DNA of 58,910 nt, the filler included, from Sphacelaria rigidula (Eukaryota): the NCBI GenBank assembly GCA_964200075.2. It is 5 parts of 5 records of this genome, joined end to end, with 100 filler letters (N's around TTAATTAATTAA, not from the genome) between each part and the next. Parts side by side here need not be neighbours in the genome. Positions count along the whole stretch, not along the records: positions 47,213 to 58,910 come from CAXNAA020004614.1; 4 more parts are not named here. One strand, 5' to 3'. Positions within the stretch are counted from its first letter, which is position 1. Every line of letters begins with the position of its first letter. Position numbers and translations under genes: made by a program. Positions 51,650-58,910 of the stretch are shown here, piece after piece. The notes below the pieces were generated by a model. The model was not told the origin of the DNA, did not search any database, and was given only the letters and a program-made list of their open reading frames with translations.

Positions 51650-52049
51650 TAGAGCTCGGAAATGGTACCAGTTATAACTGGCCATTATCATTATAATGGT
51701 AAAAATGGTAATGGCTGTATGAAAAATTTGGATAATGGTTTCAAACCATTATTTACGGTTACCGGCTCTATAATCCGGTACTGGCTATGTATGCTACATA
51801 CAACCTCTGAAAATTTGCTCAAAATTTACGTATTTTTCAGCTCTCGTACAGCCGAATCGCGTGAAAACGTACCTCCGGCACGGTGCCTCCAGTGGGGCCC
51901 TCCGGGGGCGCCTCCCGCTGAACCCTCCCTGCCGGGGGGGGGTGCGGGTGGGTGGGGGGGGCTTTTTGGCTTGCGGCTACCGCTCGATGACCAAACCACT
52001 ATATACCATTTTACTGGTTAATGGTTAGAAAAACCATTTCCGAGCTCTA
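51650..52049. mobile_element. 400-bp hAT-type MITE
   Basis: Perfect 17-bp TIRs TAGAGCTCGGAAATGGT / ACCATTTCCGAGCTCTA, a perfect 8-bp TSD ATAATTTC (51642-51649, 52050-52057), and repeated ATGGT/ACCAT subterminal motifs. Confidence 0.92.
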
Positions 52050-52675
52050 ATAATTTCCCTCACGATCTCGTGCTCATGATCCCCTCCGTGTCCGTTTCGA
52101 CGGAATGAAGGAAAAAGAAACGAACAGTCCACCACATGGGGCGCAGACCTCATCACATATCGCACTCCTGCTGGAATCTGCCACTGAACACCCTCCTCTG
52201 CGCCACTTCCTCCGTCGAAAGCGTCGGGCGGGTGGCCAGAAAAGACGTTCGGAAACGAATCACTCTCAACACTGCCGCGGGAAAACCCAGCCCTCGATAT
52301 AAACCTCTGTGAAGAAAGCCCGGTTCCCAGCAAGAATCCTCGGCAGTGGCGGCATGCGAGGCACATAACCCAAACCTCAACCACGTACAGGAGGTGGCGG
52401 GAGGGCAGATGAAAACCTTCAGAACACACTCGGAAGGCACGAGTTACAACAGCGATTCGAGATGCTGTTACTCGCTTATAGTCGCGACGCCCGTCTCCCG
52501 TAAGTCACCCACTTCGAGCTTACTTCAAACCCTACTACTGTGGCTTAGTCGTGCTTGCACTTGCCCTTGTACCTTGGCTGCTTTCTACACACTTAGACTC
52601 CCAACTGACTCACCCACACCGGTCACATCACATCTGTTCCGAAATGACTTCAAGATACTTCAACCGCAATGCAGA

Positions 52676-53044
52676 TCTGCGAAATTCAGAGTGCACCACC
52701 ACCCCAAGTGAGAAAACACGAAATAATTTATTATCGAATATCCAGTTCACGCCAAATACCAGTGCGCGTCCATTCATGACGTCTAAGCGCAGCTTTTCAT
52801 GTATACGGTTCTGGTGATCATCCACACCACTATGGTTCCCGTAGTTGATCGCCTTAACCAAGTCACCCTCGAGTTGGACATCAACGAGTACGCCCCGTTC
52901 TAGCACATTTACCGAACCGAGTAATTTTAGGAACAACCTTGAAGTCACTGAATCATTGACAAAAACTTCAACATCACCGTCACACGCCTGCAGCGTGGCA
53001 GAGCCCACATCCGCAATGCGGGTAAGGTGCGCGACCGCCTGCAT
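52676..53044 (-). pseudogene. 5' fragment of a DIRS/Ngaro-type reverse transcriptase ORF
   Basis: GNH...EKLRLDVMNGRALVF...RVFSLGVVVHSEFR resembles NH..I..Ev..GR..SPLGVV.K..FR; truncated before the catalytic core. Confidence 0.7.
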
Positions 53045-53302
53045 CCCAGTCAGGTTACGTAACTGCTTTTCTGAACGTCTTCACCACCTGCTACAGCGCC
53101 GAAAATTGTCAACACACATATCCAACATACCGTAATCACAGTGCGCCATGGAACCTGGCTCCAGCACGTCACTATCGTATCCGCCTTGCTGTCGTCCCAG
53201 AGTGCAACGTGCCGAATCCCGCAACCCCATCCTATCCTGGCACGTGCGCATTTCGACGCTCCTATCCTTGGTTGGCCCCGCCGTAAGGCGAAGTCCGTCC
53301 CC

Positions 53303-55284
53303 CTAGCCCGACCTTCCTGCGCGCGCCACCGTACTATTACCACCGCTTGAACCCCCGCCCGCATTAGAAGCTCCCCCGCCGTCATCTTCACCATCCGAAA
53401 AACGTACTCGCGGCCCCGACGCCTGCGTGGTCTGCGAGGGGGCGGCGGCTGCTGCCGGTACCGAGAGCAGGGATCCTGGTGTCGGGGGTGCGGTTCCCAC
53501 TCGATCGGCCGGCACCACTGTCGCTGATACCGGTGACGGTTCTCGAGTTGCAACCCCCTCCCGTTTGTTGCACGACGAAGCTGAATCGGCATCTGTCACC
53601 CCAGCAACAGTGGCCGTAGTCGAGGAAAACGAAGCACGGCTGGCTTCGCCGCACTTGTTTGGCCGCCGAGTGCCTGCTGTCTCCGGCTGCGGTGCCCCCC
53701 GTCCCCGCAACCGGTTGCCGGTGCCCGAGCCACTCCCCACCCCACCCCCAGCGGTGGTGCTTTCCGTCCTCATCCCTTCCGATGCGTCGACATACCCCGC
53801 TCTCACCATTCTCACAGCGTCGCCCCCGGTCTCGATGAGCGAGCGTAGCTGAGGAAAAGCGGGGACAGGCGGAGATGGGAGAACGCCGACAGACGATGGC
53901 GGAGAGCGATTGTTCGCGAACAGCTGCGACCACTGTGCTAGGGCATTAGACCACTTGCCAAGGACGGAGTTGATTATGTGGATCGTGGTATCAGTACATG
54001 CGCGCAGGGTCATCATCGCGAAGTTGGCGTTGCTGTACGACCGAAACTCGGAGGTCATCTTCGCATAAGCCGCCGGGAGCGCCTCCGCCTGGCCGGCACA
54101 CATGGCACCCTCTGCACCAGACGGCGTTCCCAGACCGACACCCAGCAAGCGCCCGAAGGCGTCACCCATCAGACCCAAACGATGCGGCAGGCATATTTTA
54201 TCGCTCGAACTGGAACCCGCAGCGCCACGCGGCATGATTGCTGCAATATCGAGTAAGGAGGGCGTGCGGAACGTATTCGCCATCTTCGAAGAGACATATA
54301 TCATGGCACCAAGGACCCCCTGTAGCTCACCTGGAGTAAATGATTGTGCGGGCGGTTTGCCGGTGAGGAGCCACCACTTGCGTGACGCGGCGTCTTGCCA
54401 GAGCTGCCCACGATCCCGCACCTCGTACGTTCGGCGTTGCTCCACCTCAGCCCAAGCTGCAGCCTGGTTTGCCGGTGGCTGCTGAGCACCCCGAGGCTGC
54501 ACATTTGCCCAAGCCCCGCCTCCACCTACGGATCCCGAACCGGCGGGGTTTGCAGTTTGCATGCCGGTGTTGTCCCATCGAGCAGCGGGGGGCGTGGGTG
54601 GTGTTGTCGTTGCACCGGGGCAGAAGGTGCGTGATCCCTAACCAGCACCTGCCAATTCCCCGCGCGGCCCAGCTGGTGCACCCGACAAATCAGCACGTAC
54701 CCCTGGCATACGTGACCATACCACCGCTGGACGGATCGGCAACCGCAGGGAGACATCACCAGTGACGCTATTGAGCGGCCGAGCTGCCTCTATGACAGAA
54801 CCCCTGACCGCCGCGTGGGACAAGTTACCGTCATCGGGGCGGCTGACGGATGCTTTAAAGGAACCAGCGCCTGATGATCCAGGTGCCGCCCCTGATGAAA
54901 TGAGCTGTTGTACCACCTCCCTCAACAGACGCACGTCGTCTGTAGTCGAGGTGACCTGGGACACCAAACCCTCCATGCTTGCCTTGGTGCCGTCCAGGTT
55001 TCTCGCGATGGTATCCACGCGGTCGCTGACGCGGCCTATGGTTTCTGTGAGGTCGCCAACCCGATTATCCAACGTATTAATCTGTTGGACAGTTGCACGC
55101 GCCAAGCCTCGTTGGGGCTCGACACGAGCCACCCCGACGATGCAGGACTGCCACTGTCTGTAGCCCCTCTGGTAGCAGACGTGGTAGGAGACGACTCCTG
55201 CTGAGAGGTGGGCGTAGAGGCGGGCGCAGTGGCCGTATGTTTACCGTTGCTGCCTGTCCCCGCCGGAGGTCTTCCTGACGACAT
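53303..55284 (-). pseudogene. Gag-like ORF1 of the Ngaro-like element, broken by frameshifts
   Basis: The ATG near 55284 lies just inside repeat A1. Heptad segment INTLDNRVGDLTETIGRVSDRVDTIARNLD; continues in ORF 53303..54562. Confidence 0.65.
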
Positions 55285-56149
55285 GTCGGTCAGAGCCGTG
55301 AAGTAGCTGCGAATGAACACCTTCAAAACACTCTTGGAAGGCACGAGCTACAGCAGCGATTCGAGATGCTGTTACTCGCTGAAAGTCGCGACGCCCGTCT
55401 CCCGTAGCTCACACACCTCAAGCTTACTCCACACCCCACTACTGTCGCTTAGTCGTGCTTGCAATTGCCCTTGTACCTTGGCGGCTTCCTACACACTGAG
55501 ATGCCCAACTGACTCACCCACATCGATCACATCACATCTGTTCCGGAACACCGATCACATCACATATGCTCCGAAATGGCTTCAAGATACTTCAACCGCA
55601 ATTCAGACCTGGGCAAATTTTATTCGCTTCTGCGCAAAAGCTCGATTCTTTTCAAACACAGAATCGAACTTTTTCGACCGGTTTCAGACCCACCCATCAC
55701 TACAGTGCTTGTGGTATAATACCGTATATAGAGAGAGATTATATCAGTTACAATTGTTCTGAGATTCTTTCCCTGCAGACAGGTGTCAAGATGGTGCATT
55801 TCTCCACTTGATTGTAGAGTACATATATTTCGGGGGCCATTTCGTTCTATGAAGCTGTGAGAAGCCAGCATTTCTCTTTTACTTGATTTTAGAGTACATT
55901 ATTTCGCTGATCAAACATGTCAGCCTGTTTGCTTGCATTTCGCTGGACACTACAGTGCGTTCCGGTTCTGCTTGGGTTTGGAGTGCATACGCTTTCCGCG
56001 CTGCGTTTTGCATGGCGTTTTGACGTTGCGATGCGTTCCGTTTGATTGCATTGCCTCGCTGGACGTCTCTGTGGACCCTTTGACCGCCGAGATGCCAGCC
56101 CACGACGACACACAGGCCTCATTCATTCGTGTAGCTGGCATCGTTTTCA

Positions 56150-57150
56150 TTCGGTAACTGAATCGGCATCATGCTCATTCGAATCGGAACTGTACGAAGC
56201 GGCAAAGTGTGATCGCGCTCCGTTTCTCTCGGGGCACACCTCGAGCATGTCGTGATCTTGGTCGCATGTCCCATCGTCTCGCAGAGTGCTTCCCTTTTAC
56301 TGCCTCTGGACTGCTGCTCTACCATACATGCGACTTTTTATCATGAGGCGCTGAAAACAACGGCTTCTACTTCTTCAGATTTCAGTCGTCTAAACAGCTT
56401 TGTGCGAGGTGATGACTCTTTGGCCTCGAGCATGGGTCATTTGTGGAATCAACATCAGTTTTGCTTGAAAATTACGCTGCATGACCAGATGACATACCCT
56501 CGCGCTCTAAGGGATGAGCAACGTGCTCAGCTGATGAGAAGCCTTGGCGTTTCTTCCACTACGTTACGTACGCAATTACCACCGGTTCGCGCGCGTCTCA
56601 CACAAATAATCGTGTCTCATCCAAGTCTGAACAGATTTATGCAAGGTCATGCACAGTTGGAGTGATGAGCAGCTATTATTCACGATGAGGCGCGGCGCGC
56701 GCAACGTTTTTTCAATTCTCAGCTAGCATCACTCCAGACATTGAATCGGCATCATTTTCCGGATCGTTTCTCATTGGATTCTGGACAGCTTTGTGCGAGG
56801 CAGTAGCTCTTTGACCGCGAGCAGGGGTGATCTGTGGAATCAGCATCAGTTTTACTTGAAAAATACATTGTATGACCAGATGGCCTACCCTCGCGCTTTA
56901 AGGGATAAGCATCGTGCTCAGCTGATGAGCAGCTACGCCTTTTTCTTCAAAGTATGATTTGTGCCACTACGCAACGCACGCAATCAGCACCGGTTCGCGT
57001 ACGTCTCACACAAATCATCGTTTTTCATGGAATTCTGAACAGATTTTCGCAAGGTCACGCACAGCTCAGGTAATGACCATCTACGGCTCGAGCTGTGTGT
57101 CATGTTTTGGTGGGGGCAATGAGTTCCAGAGGTTCACCTTTGATAGTGTT
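56150..57150 (+). repeat. Degenerate tandem duplication, period ~390-410 bp
   Basis: 56395-56540 resembles 56785-56932, and 56580-56660 resembles 56988-57065. Confidence 0.8.
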
Positions 57151-58179
57151 GGGTTGTTTGATGGCTCAACTGTCGCCATTAGGGTGGAGAGAACGAGGGT
57201 TCGATTCCCGATGTGTTGGCTTCTTTCTTCGTAGTATCTGATTTCCACCGTGGGAAGCGTGAGAACGTGGGTGAACAAAGTAGTTGACTGGGTTGTTTGA
57301 CGTGAGTTGACGTGGTGCGGGAGTGGTGATAGTCATGACCCAATCCGCGAGACCAGAATGCAAGGCGTGTACCGGATAGAGAAGGAGATGGGTTGATCCC
57401 TTGAGACCACGGACTCGTCTCGAGGGAGGGGAGAAGTTCAAAGTGCGACAAAACAAAACAAAATATGTAGTCGCGACGCGTTTGGTCCCCGTAATCATCA
57501 CACAGTCGTCATCCTCATCCTCGTTGTCCACGGAGGTTGACGTATCGACCGTGGTACACTTCTCTTTGTCGTCACCACTGGCGTTATTTGCCATCTTATA
57601 CTGTCTGTTCTACTGTGCTGCGTGCTGTGCGCTGTGCGACAGTACTACAGACTATACATCGTACGTGTTCGTGTTTTTTTGTCGTGTCCTTTCATGCAGA
57701 AAACGTTCAGGGGCCCGCGATCGATCAGAGGCAGTTTTATTATGTCATCAGTATCAGTGAATAACTCGTTCCAGAGCATACACGTTTTTCAGACTCGCGG
57801 TCGATGAAAGCAGAGTTTCCGCCCAAAATATTTCAGCAGGCCAGCATTTACACCAGTGTGCCAACCCCTAAGGTGGAAAATTACACTCGATTATGCTACT
57901 CACCGAAACGCGAGGCTATTTATGATATACTAGCATAATAAGTAAAAGCCCATTTCATAAGTAAAAGCCCATTTCGGCCTGTAGCGCTCGAGAGGCAGTA
58001 ATTTTGAGGGAACAATAGTCCTGAATAGATACTCGAACTGCGAAGAACATGAAGAGCAAAAAACAGCCCCTTACCTGGTAATTTAATTCACGCATCCCCC
58101 CCCCCCCCAGAAAAACATGATCACATCGGTATTTTCTACTGTTCTGGCTACCTGAGTATATAGGTATCTACAGACGAAT

Positions 58180-58830
58180 GCCGACGTCCCTGAACACACG
58201 GGAGACATGATTAACACGTATCCACCTCTTCCTACTGCGTTATGATCCCTTCTTTCCCCCTTCCCCTTTCTTGCGGCAAAGTCAGCGCATCCCTCACCCA
58301 AACAATTTCAGCGGGAATGGGGGTGTTATCCAACGTATTATCCATTTCCGGCCGCTCAACAATGCATCTGAACACGTAACCGGTATAGATAGATCGCCCA
58401 CCAATACAGAAAGAAAGTGATAGGTTCCGTGTTTCTCAAGGAGACTACAGACACGCCGGGGAATATGTTGATCCTTCCCCCCGCAAGTACGTGCAGGGGT
58501 TACAGTCTGCGGTCAGTGCCTATTGAATGCGAATGATTTTGCCTCTGAACACGCGGTCGACATCGCTTGAACGTATTTCCCACCTTCCGTCCCCTTGCCC
58601 GGGGATAATATCAATGTATCCCCGTCGCGAACACCCTTAGCGGGAACGGGAACCTATCCAATGTGTTGGCCATTTGTGCCCGGACAACAGTGACTATGGA
58701 CATGTGACGGGTACCAAGAAAAATCGTGCAACCTACCCTAACTGGTGATGTGTTTTCTTTCCCTCACGGGACCAAAGACACCCCTGGGAAGATATTGTTC
58801 CATCCTCTCCCCCAGAGTGCGCTGGAGTGC
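58180..58830 (+). repeat. Degenerate tandem duplication, period ~330 bp
   Basis: agcgggaa.ggg...tatccaa.gt.tt..ccattt at 58310 and 58639; agacac.cc.ggga..at.ttg at 58449 and 58777. Confidence 0.6.
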
Positions 58831-58910
58831 GCTGGTGGTGAGACACCCATGAGGCAGTGCATAAACTATGGCTGTCTCAGGAAGTGGCGATACCAGACAA
58901 TAAAGCAACT

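Larger units (their letters stand above)
52409..55607 (-). mobile_element. Internally deleted Ngaro/DIRS-like retrotransposon: repeat A1, ORF1 (gag-like), truncated RT ORF, repeat A2
   Basis: Direct repeats 55313-55607 and 52409-52675 lack TG..CA termini. ORF1 is frameshifted and has a coiled coil. ORF2 has the DIRS-type pre-RT signature YGNHSG..IHEKLRLDVMNGRA..FSLGVV..EFR, then runs directly into the repeat. Confidence 0.75.

Noticed and set aside
53388..54765. Many overlapping ORFs on both strands
   Set aside because: They are shadow ORFs of the GC-rich gag-like sequence.

Overview
This window is eukaryotic, intron-rich, repeat-dense DNA of about 50% GC. Gene style and transposon families suggest a stramenopile, probably a brown alga; that assignment is inference. 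It is not one locus: four identical 100-nt spacers (44 N + TTAATTAATTAA + 44 N) separate five segments of strictly decreasing length (11707, 11705, 11701, 11699, 11698 nt), i.e. size-sorted unplaced contigs, so adjacency across gaps has no biological meaning. Contig 1 holds a decayed Ty3/Gypsy LTR retrotransposon (minus strand) and a possible Copia relic. Contig 2 holds three phase-compatible exons of an RWP-RK transcription factor gene (minus), a decayed LINE interrupted by a tRNA-derived SINE, more SINEs and MITEs, and an AGCT-rich satellite. Contig 3 holds a gag-like ORF, a spliced A1 aspartic protease gene with large inserts and a C-terminal membrane anchor (plus), and a convergent multi-exon gene of unknown function (minus). 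Contig 4 is almost entirely repeats and foldback MITEs. Contig 5 holds Harbinger- and hAT-type MITEs and an internally deleted Ngaro/DIRS-like retrotransposon. I see no evidence of a new multi-gene system. The best leads are the unknown gene, the unusual protease, the RWP-RK variant and the transposon structures.
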